NCBI GenBank assembly: GCA_965112155.1
Contig: OZ218100.1
Direction: 5' to 3' (one strand)
Origin: Podarcis liolepis
Lineage: Eukaryota
DNA length: 64,000 bases
The first letter of the stretch is position 1; each line of letters starts with the position of its first letter. The notes under the pieces are model-generated. The model made no database searches. It saw only the letters and a list, made by a program, of their open reading frames with translations, and had not been told where the DNA came from. Below are positions 13,263 to 26,050 of this stretch, one piece after another. The position numbers and the translations under genes are program-made.

Positions 13263-15708
13263 TTGTACTGTGACCATCATCCCTATATAGAGAGTTCAAA
13301 TGCCAACCATTTTTTAAAATAAAACCTCCTCATAATTTCCATCCTTTTCCTTATAACTGAAAATTATGAACCTCCACTTCATATGCAAATAAGGGTGTTT
13401 GTTCTGCTGTTCTAGTAAAAACACATATTCTTTGGGGTCTGCAAATATTTTCATTCCTTCTCCTCGCCTTGCCCTCATTCCAGATGCTTAAAGTATTGGG
13501 TCACATAAAATGCAGTAATTTCTAATGTGGCTATTGCAGTAAAGTGTTTTTTTTTTCATGGGAGGGGGTCGCCGATACAGCTCCTTGCAAAGTGCACAAG
13601 GGAGCCTAGGTATGCCTCTGAGTTCTGGAAGACGCTAGTAATCCATCTTGCTGCAACCCTCCACCTAAAATTAAGCCCTGGTGCGAAGGGCACGAGAAAG
13701 CATATAGCCAGCTACTTTTGCCTAGCTAGAACATAAGATGGGGGCTGTCTTTCATATAACCTGCTGGGATATCTTTTTACCTGAAAAGGTCATTTCCATC
13801 AGCAATGTCTGTTATTCAGAATGGCCCATTATTTTTCTCCAAGCTTTCTACTATTTCATTCTTTCTGGAAACAAGCCTGTGCTTGTCTCAAAGGTCTGTG
13901 CATTAATATAATCCCAAAGCATGCTTTAAGGATTCACTGCACAACCCCAATACTTCTGCTGGAAAGGACAAAGAACAGATTGCATTTTTAATGTGGTCAT
14001 GCATGGAAACACTTTCGCCAAAATTAAATGGCTGCCATAGAAATGTATGGGTTGGATTTATGTTATCAAGTCCGGTTTATTATGGTTAATAAGGTGACCC
14101 TAAACTGACACGTGACCAGTCATTCCCCTTACTCTTTTTCCAGTACGCCAAAACTGCAGCATATTGAACAGTAGAATTCAAGACAATGTGCCCTTTTTAT
14201 CTGGTGTCCTTTTTCTGCTAGCAGCTCACATGAGCCCAGAGGTCATCGCTGTGTCTGAATGAACTACACAACTAGAACGGAAAACTGTAATCAGAATTAG
14301 ACTGGAAACAAATACATTGAAGGGTAGCTGTTCCTAACCCAAGATTGCTAATAATCTTCACTTGGGATAATAATTCTCTTTATTTAAATGCTTTTCAACA
14401 TATCCAATTATGCTGTTACAGCCTGCATCTCGATGTTAGATGCAGATGCATGTGATCAAATCCAAGATTTTGCTTAAAATAGCAGCTTTGGGGTGGTGCT
14501 GTTTAGAAAGAGGATCAGCAGAGGGGCTGCTGAGCTCTTTCCCCATTTCCCTGCTCCATCCCCCAAGGGGATTTCAACCATCTCCTTCCCCACTCCCCAC
14601 TGTCCCCAGGATAATAGTGTGAAAGTATTTTCCATTTGACGTGAGCATAAATCTAGTTCAACAATAAACACCACATCTACTTTATACTGTGGAAGGCAAA
14701 TGACCGTGTAGCAGCAATTTGAGTTGGCATACTGTATTGCGTTGTGCCCATCACTTAACCAATAGACATTTTAACAGTTGTCCTTCAGGTACTAGCTTTG
14801 TCCTCTTCCCATATTTTAATTGTGATATAACTTTTAACTCTTGCATCCATGTTTTTTCCCCCTAGGAAACCTAAGTGAACACGGAGCTCCTATCCAGGTA
14901 TGACAAGCAACCTAATCATGTCTACTCAAAAGAGCCTCCTCTAAACATGTGCAGAGTGTCTTCCCCTCACCCATTGTTTCCCCACCTCCACAATGACTGA
15001 TCTTCTTAATACACTCAATTTTCCTTCTCCGTGTCTCTATTCTCCAGCCCCCACTATCCCCCCTTTAGCCTACTCTCACTAGTTTCCTTTTTAGGGGGTC
15101 CCCCAAATTCTCCTTTGGAGCATACTCATTAGGCCCCCGTTCCTTCATACATCCCATTCCCCCTTTCTCCCCCATTCTCACCCCCTTCCAGTAAGGCCTA
15201 CTTGCCTGGACAAGGCATCTCCTCTCCCACAAAGCCTGACTCCCAGGACAACATTGATTTGGGTCAAAGCTAGCCACACCTTTATTGATTACAGATGTGG
15301 ATGTTTGGCACAGTCTTCGGCATAACCATTGAACCACCAGACCACCTGTTGGAGTATACCTATTTGGGAACAACCCAAGGCAAAGAGGGCTACGATCCAC
15401 TTCTCCAGCTACAGCGAAGACCATTTAGAGGTTGCGCCAGCTGGGAAAGGCCCTTGGAACTCAGTTCCTTTGTTGGGTCATGGCGCAGCAGGGGGGGGGG
15501 AGGTGCTGTCCCACAATGCCAACAAGGGGGAAAGGCAGGGAGGGGTGGGGAAGGTGAATCCCAGCATCAGAGGCAGCCTCCAAGTGGCAAAGGAAATGTT
15601 TCTCTCCAGGATAGCTCCCTGATGCAGAGGCAGCAGCTTAGCTCCCAGCACCACAGGCTGCCTTGACTCCCTTGTTCACTTCTCTCACACAACTCCTCCA
15701 AACCAGGG

Positions 15709-16244
15709 TGTCATGAACTGGCAGGACAAACATGAGGAGGAGGAGGATCCCGGCGAGGGGTGTAGCCAAGACTGGGACACATTGGGGCAAGCTGGGCATG
15801 GGTGTGGGAGAGGTTGGTATAGGAAGTACTCACAGGGTCACAGAGGATGGCAAAGGGATGGAGGTCAGGGCACAGGAACCAGAGCTGCAGGACCCATCAC
15901 CAGAGTCAGAGGGGCCCCTGTCTCCACAGATATGGTGGGATCATGGAGATGAGCAGAAGGGGTGCCCTAGGAGAGTGAGGCAGGCAAGGGCTCACAGCCC
16001 AGTTCCTTAGCTGGCCAGGTGGGGCTCACTAGCCCTGGGAGGAGGGGTGTGATTCCTCACCTGGAGTAGGCTTGGATCAGGTGAGGGTGCATATAATCAG
16101 CAAGCCAAGTTTAAAATGCAACAGAGCTGAGGTGCTGTGTCATTTCCTGCCATTTGGACTTTGCTTGTGTAAATTGACCCCCAAACTTTCAACTTTGGAC
16201 TTGGCATACTGACTTGCTGCCAGGTGGGCCAGGGGTTCAGGCCA
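15709..16244 (+). mobile_element. Putative solo LTR (536 bp)
   Basis: Starts TG(TCATG), ends CA; 5-bp direct repeat CAGGG at 15704-15708 and 16245-16249; TATA-like CATATAA near 16090. Confidence 0.5.
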
Positions 16245-17086
16245 CAGGGCTGGCCAACCCATGAGGCAGTTGCCTCAGACTGGGGGACAGTTGGGAGGAA
16301 TGGCAGATCTTTGAGGAATGTGCTGTGCCGCTCGTTCCCATCTTCTCCTCCACTGCTGCCACATGCTTCTCTCTGGCTCTTTTTCTCCCCTACCAAGGCA
16401 GCTATGGAGTTGGGGGTGGGGAGGTGGCTTTGGCAGCCGGCAGCGACTTTGGCAGTGGCAGCAAAGCCTCTCAGGCTGGCCCTGCTCCAAACCTATTTCC
16501 TCACAGCTTCTTCTACCCTCAACACTACCATTTATCCACCATCACCACCACCCCCGTTGCCAATCACTACCTCACAGTTGCCCCCTCCCCACAACTTGCC
16601 CCAATCTGCTGCTTTTGGAGGAGAGGCGAATGAAGTGGAAGAAGTCTCTCTCCCTTTGACCCTGCTCTGCTGCCCACATCCTTCTGTCAGTGGCACAGAA
16701 TGAAGAGGAGAAAAACTATCCCCTCTTCATCCCCTTCTCCTCTGTGAGTGACAGCCTGTGGAATCTTAGGACTGGGCCAAACTGTGAGGAGATGGGGCAG
16801 TGCAGAAAGCCCTGCAGGCCTGGTTAAGCAGGCCACTCGTGTCTTCACTCCTCCTGACCACTTCATCAGTTGGGCCGCCCACCCATTTAGACCTGAGAGG
16901 GGAAGGGCTTTCCTGTGTCCCACAGGCATGACTCCACAACCTGCCTCTGCGTTGGGACACACCAGTTGAAGGCCTACAAATGAGGTCGTTTCATCTTCCC
17001 AAGTACTGGATCCTTTAAACTGCATTTAACCACAGAGGTGTTAGGCATGACAAGCATGTGTTCTACCTCTGAATTGTGACCATATA

Positions 17087-17281
17087 CACTGGCAGAGGAA
17101 GAGGGGGCGGGGGAGCACACCGCCCTCAGCAGTACGATCCCAGTGGGGTGCCATCATGGCTGTCCCCACGCTGGGTGCCACACCCCCAGGATGTGCACCA
17201 CAACCCTGCGGGCGGCATGCCAGGCCCCTGGGACACGCACCAGCCACACCCCCGGTGCCAGAGCATGAAGCTCTGCCACTG
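17087..17281. mobile_element. GC-rich hAT-type MITE
   Basis: TIRs CACTGGCAGAG / CTCTGCCACTG; TSD ACCATATA/ACCATATG. Confidence 0.85.
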
Positions 17282-18101
17282 ACCATATGCTGAACCTAGT
17301 TGCTGTAACATGGCATTTTCTATGTGTGACTGTGTGCTCTTTCTCCATTGCTTCCATCAGTCCACGTATGAGGAAAGGAGACCAGGTGGCAGGCAGGGGA
17401 AGTGTCCATGCACTCAAGGATATGCCACATCGTATTTCGTGGCCCTTCAGTCTTAACAAGGACTTTTTAGCATCCCTTTACATGCAGTCAGTCTGTGTCA
17501 GGTCATATAGTGAAAATAATGGGCAATGACAGTTTCCAGATGAAGTGACAGATGAAAAGACTCGGCCTCCTTCATCATTTAATTTAGCTCCAGGTTGATG
17601 AGTTTCAGCAGGTTTTGCATTTCGCCCTGAAATGGAAATCTTTAAGATGGAAGCATGGTACTCACCAGGGAGCATCCTATGTGTCTAAAAGCAGCAAATG
17701 AACGGCAAGGCCTGAAACCCAGCTGGGTAGAATCGCTTAGCAATGCAGCAAAACAAGACAGTGCTACACTCTGGAGTAAGATTAGTTTCTTATTGATCCT
17801 GCATGTTACGTGTCTAGGAGCTGGATATTATTTCTGAGAGCTGACTAACCAACCAGGAGCCCCCAAGCAACAAATAGGTCAGTTTTCCTTTTCAGCAATG
17901 TCATTCTCAGAGGAATCTTTATTCTTCTGGATTCTAAGTACTGTGCAAGCTTCAGTTTACACACTCCAGAGTATAAGCAAGCAATGAAGGAAAGAAAGGG
18001 TTCTAGCTCAGCAGGGACATAGGAAGGCCTCAGGTTTAATCCCTGAGAAAGACCACCACTGCTGGAAGTCGGGTGGACTATTCAGCCAGATAGCTCTACA
18101 G

Positions 18102-18739
18102 CACGGGTGTCAAACACAAGGCCCGTAGTGATATCAAAAAGTTGGCATACAGATAAGAGGCAAAAAACCCCCAAAGTTGAACCTAGTTGTCATAGAATCC
18201 ACAGCAGGGCAAATGTATCTGAAAGACCACCTTCTCCTGTATAGACCTGTAAGATCTCTTAGATCATCTGAGGAACTTCTACTCAAAGCATTATTCAAAA
18301 TTATGAAGAGTATAGGCAAGATGCTATATCACTTGCAGTTTTACACAACACTTCAATCTTTGAGGCAATAGTGGAATACCATCAGAGACCCACTAGATCA
18401 CAGGTGTCAAACACAAGGCCCGCGGGCCGAATCCGGCCTGCCAGACCTCGTCATGTGGCCTGTGCAGCTGCCGCCAGCCTTCACCTTTTATTCTCGCTTT
18501 TTTTTTTTTACACAAGAAAGCTGCCTCTTCAGCACATGCGCGGCAGCCTACAAGCCAGAGAACATCTGCCCTCTAGTGGCGCCTGCCGTTCTACACAGGA
18601 AACCTCCACTTTACATGCATTCAGGAAACCTCCACTTGTTTTTATATTGAGCGCATGCCATCCTACAGATACAACCGGCCCTTTGAGGGTGACCAAACTG
18701 CTGATGCGGCCCCCAATGAATTTGAGTTTGACACCCCTG
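18102..18739. mobile_element. Composite hAT (Charlie-like) element: extra left end + ~270 bp unrelated DNA + complete MITE (18399-18739)
   Basis: Perfect TSD CTCTACAG at 18094-18101 and 18740-18747. The left end CAC(G/A)GGTGTCAAACACAAGGCCCG occurs twice (18102, 18399); there is one right TIR GTTTGACACCCCTG. Confidence 0.85.
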
Positions 18740-19273
18740 CTCTACAGTGTTCTGACAGCTTCACAAAACATAAAGCAGGATAACAGGTTAATACTCATGG
18801 AATCCTGCAGTCAGTGTCTGTCTCTGCTACAAATAACAGAAAGGAGAAACCTGGAAGATCAGAGAGCCTGCAGGATGGCCTAGCATCTGTAGCTACAGGC
18901 AACGTATCACACCAGGAAAGAAGATGGGGCAGGAAAGAGAGAAGCCTGGAACTAAGAGAGACTAGGGAAATCTATAAAAGTAGCCCCTTTGAAGTGTAGA
19001 CATGACCACCCCAATCCCAGTCTATTTCCTAGTTGCATGTTTAGGATTGACATTTTAATAACGAAGCACATTTAGATAACTGCACACGGTCATCAAATTT
19101 CTCTGCTATAGAAGTTGTCCTCTGGTTATATGGTCCTCCTGATATTCCTTTGGGATAGGGGTGGGTGCATGCCTGCAATGGGCATGGGCAAAGCTGGCAA
19201 TGGGCAAGAGACCCTATTTCCTCCACAGAGCTGCAATTCCCAGAGCTCTCTGAGAAGAGGGATTGATTTTCAA

Positions 19274-19468
19274 CACTGGCGGAGGAAAAGGGGTGCGGGG
19301 GGAGCGCAGCACGATCCCGGTGGGGTGCCATCACGGCTGGGTGCTCCCTTTGTGCTGGGCACCATGCCCCCAGGACACACGCCAAGCCCCCAGGATGCAC
19401 GCCATGCCACCGGGATGCGCGCCAGCCCTGCCACTGCCTGTTCTGTGCCCGCTGGTGCTCTGCCACTG
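19274..19468. mobile_element. hAT-type MITE, same family as 17087-17281
   Basis: TIRs CACTGGCGGAG / CTCTGCCACTG; TSD ATTTTCAA/ATTGTTAA; shared internal CGATCCC.GTGGGGTGCCATCA.GGCTG. Confidence 0.82.
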
Positions 19469-22400
19469 ATTGTTAAACCACTATTGGAACAGTAGTTCTG
19501 GGAGAGGGTCTCCTAACAGCTCTCAGCACCCTTAACAATCTACAGTTCCTAGAATTATTTAGTGGAAAATTGTGATTACTTAAAATACCATAGGAGTGCC
19601 TTGAATGTACAATGCAGATGTGGCCTTAGCTGCAGTTGCCATTCTGGGCAGATCTGCACTGAAGCCATTTCACCAGTTGTTTAGGTTTTCTCTGTCCATT
19701 AGAACAGGGGACCTTCCAGAGGACAGATGTGGTACATGTCTTTGCTCGAATTCAATTTCTGACTGCGGAATTGAGTCCAGGCTGTTGCTTAAAAAGCTTG
19801 ATGTGAGGTTGATGGCTGAAAAGATAAGCTCTTTTTCTCCGCCTGCTACTCATTTGCAGCACCAAAATGTAAAAAGTCTGAACTTTTAGCAAAAGGTGCC
19901 GATACACAGTTTGTGGCGTCTCATAAAGGCTATTCTCCATAATGGGCTTTACAAAAATCCTACTCAGAGGGTTTTTTTTGCCACCTTCTAAATAATCAGT
20001 TATTTCGGCTGTTATCTAGCACTTGCAGGTCTCCTGAACCACAACAGCAGCATTGTGGTAAGCAAAAAATATCTTAGTTGCCAGGAGAGCTTTCCTCCTG
20101 GGAGATGTTCATTTTGAACTGTGGGGCAGTTATTTGCATTGCATATGTTGACACTGGTTTACGCTTTGAAGGATATTTGGGAGTCATTTTTATTTACAGC
20201 TTATTTTTATTCACATATTAATGTTTCTGCTATCCTAGACAAAGGGTCCAACTCTGCAGAGTGAATGCCAACGCAGGCCCCAGCCAGGAGCCATTTTTTA
20301 AGCACCCTGGTATAGAAAAATCACATGGTACCATCCTGTGGGCATTTGCTTCTTTGTTTGGTGAGAAGCACAGCACAGCAACCCTAATGGTGGATGGTTT
20401 CAGACTTCTGAGTCCAGTTCAAGAACTGGGGTGGAACACTATGAGCAACCTTCTCCCCCCATCAAAACAGAATCAGAGCCATTTCAAAGTGGATCAGCCA
20501 AACAGCAGAAAGTGTTATTTTAAGCCCCACCCCGCCACCCCCACCCCCAGTTTAGGCACAATAGTAAATTTTACCCCAAGAAGGTTGTTCTGAGTCATCT
20601 TTGCCACAAATATTAAATGCAGAAAGGAATGCTTATTTCCCTCTCCCCATCGCCTCTGCCACTGTGAAACAAACAAAAATAAAAAATAGCCTCACAACAT
20701 CCGCTGTAATAAGTTCAGAAGGAAATATATTGGCTTGTGCAAATGAATGGCAGACATCAAGGCGAAAAGTGATTTTCTATTCTTTTGAAGATGGTTGCCA
20801 AAGTAAGCAGGGTGGGAACTACCAGCAGAAGTGCTGTCTGGCCAAGCCTCTTTAAGATATACCAGTCTTGCCAGACGGAAAATGAACAGCAGCAAAAAAT
20901 AATACCTTCCCCCCTTACCAAAGAACCCCTTACAATTCATTTTAAAATGTGCAGCTTCTGGTTTCTCCTTGACAGGAAGAATTGTGAATAGGAAGATTTT
21001 TTTAAAATCCCACAAAATAATTTTTCTCCCCAGGAAGAGAAATCCCCTTCATCTTTTTAACAAAAGCTTGAGAGAGGATTTTTGAAGAGGGAAGACTTCA
21101 GTGAGGGTGGGTGGGGGGGGAGTCAGGTGTAAATAACAGCATCTAGAGAAACATCACTGATGAATAATTTAAGTATTAAGACAAGAGGCGACGGGAATGA
21201 TTTCATGGTGAGTTCTGAGGATCGAAAATGTAACAGCAATGCGGTGAGTTATTAGCCCCACATGCCTTGTAGTTGTCTGTTTTCTATGCACAGTACCCAA
21301 TCAGTGCATCAGCAGTGACATTCTATAATGGCATTCTTTCTGCCTTTCAGTCATGCAGTAAAAAGCCCCATTGCTTAAGCCCAGGTTGCTACGCAAAATG
21401 GAAGCATCTCATCTCTGCCTTTTATCAGAAGGCTTAGCTTTAGTTGCAGAGAGTGACATTTACTAGCCTTGCACAAGGGATTAGGATTCTTGTTTGTCTG
21501 GCAGTGCTGAGAATCATCCTAAATGGTCTGCATGCCAGATCATACTTTGTATCTGGGATCAATTCCACTAATCAACGGCACAAACCAAAATGTCAATCTT
21601 TTTCTGACCCACTGAACATGGAATATTAGCATATTGCCCCCTGAAAATATCCCCCTGCCTTTTTCTCCGTAGATGGGAATGGACCACAAAGACTCAAGAT
21701 TTAAAGCGGTGGGAGGAAGGGAAGGGAAGAGCCTATTTGAATACAGCACCAGAATGTGTGGGTGCTTTTCAGGTAGGGTGAAATATAAAGGCCTGGTCTA
21801 ACTTAATGATCTGGAAGCACAATACCTCCACATATCAGATCCTTGGCGGAGAGTTCACCTTGATCTAGCCTGCTAGACGTCTGATTTACAGCTCTGCACC
21901 AGACTGGAGCTAATCACTGGGGGCAGGATGGCAAAGTGAAGCACATAAACAATGACTTTAAAATAAAACAAAATGCTAAAGAGGCTGGGAAGATTGGGCA
22001 GGATCTTTACAGAAAATCTGTTGGTTGCTTGTTTATCAAGAATCCAGTGCTAAAGGCAGCAGTAATGAAATGGGATTGGAATATTAATCTTTCGTTGAGC
22101 AACTCTTTCAGATGATTCAGGCATATTAGAATCCTTTAATTAATTTTATTGGAACACAAACACTGAGGCGTGCATACATGTTTCAGCAAACGGTGAGAAA
22201 ACGTTGAGAACGATCCATTTCTAATTTGGATGTTACATTTTCCAACAATCAATGCAATTAGTGATTGCCCCCTGGATAAGCTGCAGCAAAATATGTCATT
22301 TTTCTTTTTTATACGTCTTTCCTACAGCCTTTGAATGCTGAAAAACAAAACAGCAGCAAGTCCTGGTGAAAATAGCTTGAGCACTGCCATCCCTTACTCC

Positions 22401-23962
22401 TAATTTTCTTATTGATCCTACCACAGCTCATCCATACAGATTTAGCTTTTGCAACTTTATGGCAAGTAGGAAATGCAGCCCAAGTGGAAGAAGCTGGTTT
22501 TATTTTTAATTTTATTTGAAAACTGTTCAAGAAGAATGCTTAGGCACCCTTGGTATTAATGACAGTTGGGCCTGGCTCACACATGCTCACCCACCCCCAC
22601 ACACCCCACTTAATTTCTCAGCTCTGCTGGAAGAGTGCTCTGCAGCATGGGACATTAAGTTCTGGTGTATTTATTGTATTTCTATTTTAGCTTTCATTTG
22701 TATTAATATGCTGTTCACCATTTTGGGCCAAGGAAGCAAACTATAACATAAAGCTTACTCAAGATTGCACTCATGAACCAAATCCAAAAATGCTCACATA
22801 TGCACATGGTTATTTTGCACATGCAGGCAAACGACTTATCTTTCCAAAGGAGGGAGCTCATCAGTGTATGCAAAGCTACGGTATGACCAGAATGGATATA
22901 TAAAAAGAGGAGGAGCTCTGGGTATTCGGTGAAGCTCTTGCCCTCACATCAGATTGATGAAGCATTGCTAATGACTACAGCTTTGGGGCAGTTCCTGTGA
23001 GTGACTAGTAAAATTTAACTGTTGTAATGAATCTCTGAAACAGATGACCAGCAGGCATTATGACATTTTGCATTTCTCTACCAGCATGTAGTATTTGTGT
23101 GCTTAAGGTGCTAAAGGTTTTATCTGACACCACCTCGTTGAATGGCTACAGCTGTTTCTATGTGCAGGAGTCAACAGGGAAAGTGGCGCATTGCAGGGCT
23201 TTCTCTCATTTTGACCCTGTTTGCTCTTTGGAGAACAATCTTGGTGCCACAGCACCGCATTCAGAAGCACTCCTTTATAATCAAAAAGAAAATGTTTTCC
23301 CCGATTAAACCCTTTCATGCCAATAGGAGCCTTGTTTGATGCTATACATACAGCCACTGGGATGGGCAGCTGCCGCGTAAAAACCCTGAGAGGAAGGAGC
23401 GGAGAGCCCTAATTGAAAGGGTGAGCTATGTAGCCAAAGGCATAATTAGAGACCAGCATACTCTCGAGCCAGAAGTCAGGCCATCAATCACAAATCGCCA
23501 GAAAACCAAGCAAGAAAATGAACAAGTGTTCAGGGCACAGCTTAGAAATTCCTTTTACAGATTTCCAGGTTCTGATCTCAGTAGCACCAAATCTTAGATA
23601 TAATATCACAGCTCCTATTTTAATTGCATAAGAAGGGAGGAAAATCTCAATATAATGACCTCAATTTTATTCCTTCTTCAAGGACAGATGGATTTTATTG
23701 ATGCCCCCCTCCCCTGCTGCTTGTTCTTGAAGTTGTAGACTTCCAAGAGTGAGTTTACACAAGGCCCCAAAGGGTTTGTTTCTCTTGTGTGTATTGTGGC
23801 ATGGAACTCTTTCTTCTGAACCTCCTGTGCCACAGGAGGGAAATGCTTCTGGCCACACTTTAGTTTTTAAATTATTTTCTTTCTAGGTATTTTTAGCTTA
23901 TTTAAAACAAAATACCAACAATATTAGCTTCCAAGACCACACGATATCCGGCATGTTCTGAG

Positions 23963-24051
23963 CATAGCTGTCAACTTTTCCCTTTTCTTGCGAGGAATCC
24001 TATTCGGAATAAGGGAATTTCCCTTAAAAAAGGGAAATGTTGACAACTATG
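23963..24051. mobile_element. 89-bp hAT MITE
   Basis: TIRs CATAGCTGTCAAC / GTTGACAACTATG; TSD GTTCTGAG/GTTCTAAG. Confidence 0.85.
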
Positions 24052-24099
24052 GTTCTAAGTGGTATGGCCTTGGTTGCTGTATACACTTGAGTGCTAGAA

Positions 24100-24166
24100 G
24101 TGCATGGCAGGGGGTTGGACTTGATGGCCCTTCTGGTCTCTTCCAACTCTATGATTCTATGATTCT
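24100..24166 (+). mobile_element. CR1-type 3' tail fragment
   Basis: GGGGTTGGACTTGATGGCCCTT..TCTTCCAACTCTATGATTCTATGATTCT octamer tail; similar relic at about 38115-38175. Confidence 0.75.
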
Positions 24167-25916
24167 AATCTCAGTGCTGGAGTATCATTGCTGCTTCTTC
24201 CTAGACTTGGAGAATGAAGAACCTGATGAGCTGCTGGTTTAGGCACATCCTTTCAGAGAAGACTTGGGGGTGACTCCAACTTTGCAGGGCCGGCCCTACT
24301 ATGAAAAGAGCGAGACAAAGTGGCAACTGTGCCCTCCAACCATTTCCCCTGAGCCTCCCAGTCATTCTTCTTTGTTGGAGATCAGAGGTCCTGTCATATA
24401 CCCACTAAACAAGATTTCTGCCCTCAGCTGCCAGTGTTGAAGTAAAAGTCCAACGCTCCAATCAGCTTCTGTATATGGAATTCAAGAGCAGGGAAAAGAA
24501 CCAAGTTCCCTGAGGCATGTCCTCTCCCCATATAACCAAGCCTGACAACTGCACTCTTCAGATGAGGCACTGCTGAGAGTACCACATATGCCAGTGACAT
24601 GCTTAGTTTGAACTAGAAGCCGGGTTTTTAATGTTGCATCTCTACTCCACTGGAATGAGTTGCTGACTGAAATTAGACAGACCAGCTGGCATCTAGGTGT
24701 TTGTTCAGCTACCAGATATATGTTTGTTTAAGAAGGCTTTCTCTGAAAGATGCCACATTCATTTTATGGAATATTCTTTTTTTAAAACAATTGTGGAAAT
24801 GGTTTTATTACATTGAGAGTCTCTATATTGTGTGTTTAATCTCTTATTTCTTATTGTACACTGCTTCTATAGCTTCTGGCTGTGAAGCAGTCTGAAAAGC
24901 TGTAAAATAAACAAATATTCCCTTCAGGTAGCAAAACATCCTAGCCTGGCTTGGTGTTTCTGGGCTCCTTTGGTTTGGTCTGGGGAATCTTGGCCCTCCA
25001 GATGCTACTGGACTGCATTTTCCACCATCCCTAATTGGCTGACTGGGGCTGCCGGGAGTTGGAGTCCACAACATCTGGAGAACCAAAGACTCCCCAGTCC
25101 ATCAATATAGGCTTGAAGCTCTAGCTTTCCAGTCGTGCTGCTTGGTGACAGATAGTACTCTCCCCCCTCCCCCCCATACATCATATATAAAGACTGCCCT
25201 CTTCCCTCTCGCTGGCTGATTTTCTTAAAAAGCATGATGATAGATTTCTTAATGAGAGAAATCTCATGTTAATGGCTGTTCTGAATTATCTTATCTTTGG
25301 AATACAGTCCTCCTGATGTAAAATGCATGTGAAGCCTTGTGTTAAGAACTCTTATTATTGATCTAAATCCATGTGATATAAACTTCAGCCAGTAGATTAT
25401 TAGGACTAAGTCCAGAATGGGTGGGTATGCACTCCACAGTGCAGGGTTGTGTCCCCCCCCCCTTTTAAATTTAAATCTAGTGTGCACTGAAAGCTAGGAT
25501 AATGAATAAAGAATTAATTTTACCCAGGCAGACGCTGCACTTCTGGCTCCAAGTGATTTGGCTGCAACATTCATTACATTTCCTTTCCAGTGTGGTCTTC
25601 AAAAGCCTTATGTACCTGGGGACCATGGTTTCAAACTCGCTGCTCAGCGTTATGCAGAATGAATTTCCTAAGAGTGAATGAATGAATCCAAAGTCATCTA
25701 GACAGATGGCCTCTCTTTCCACTCACTTGCGGTCTTGGTACATAATTTACTGAAAAACACATGCCCTGCCAAAAAGTCAACTCTGTTCGAGTCCTGCTTT
25801 GCTGTGTATTCTAGCAAGAGATATTTCTGTTCTGTCGGTTTGGGACAATCAAAAGTGAAAGTCCGATGTTGTGTCTGAAGAGATGGGGTGATGTATACGA
25901 ATGTGACTCTGTACAG

Positions 25917-26050
25917 CAGAGTTGGCAAATCTGCCTGGCTCTCCAGATGGACACCAACTCTCATCAGCCCCAGCCAATTTGGTCAATGATTCGGGATTAT
26001 GTGAGTTGGTGTCTAACAACATCTGGAAGGCCACAGGTTAGTTACCCCTG
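25917..26050. mobile_element. Degenerate URR1-like hAT MITE (other old copies at about 24975-25100, 27255-27345 and 29375-29510)
   Basis: CTCCAGATG...CATCTGGA internal inverted repeat; TSD CTGTACAG/CTGTAGAG. Confidence 0.7.

Noticed and set aside
14867-14898. Plus-strand micro-exon candidates (also about 9702-9722) with good AG/GT context
   Set aside because: Isolated splice-like signals are common; there is no supporting exon chain or homology.
15065-17459. Dense overlapping ORFs as genes
   Set aside because: A by-product of GC-rich repeat sequence; no protein motifs. The same applies to 18371-18883, 19041-19495 and 58908-59416.
22830-22868. Minus-strand CUGAUGA...GAAA...GUC hammerhead look-alike
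   Set aside because: Stems II, III and I do not base-pair.
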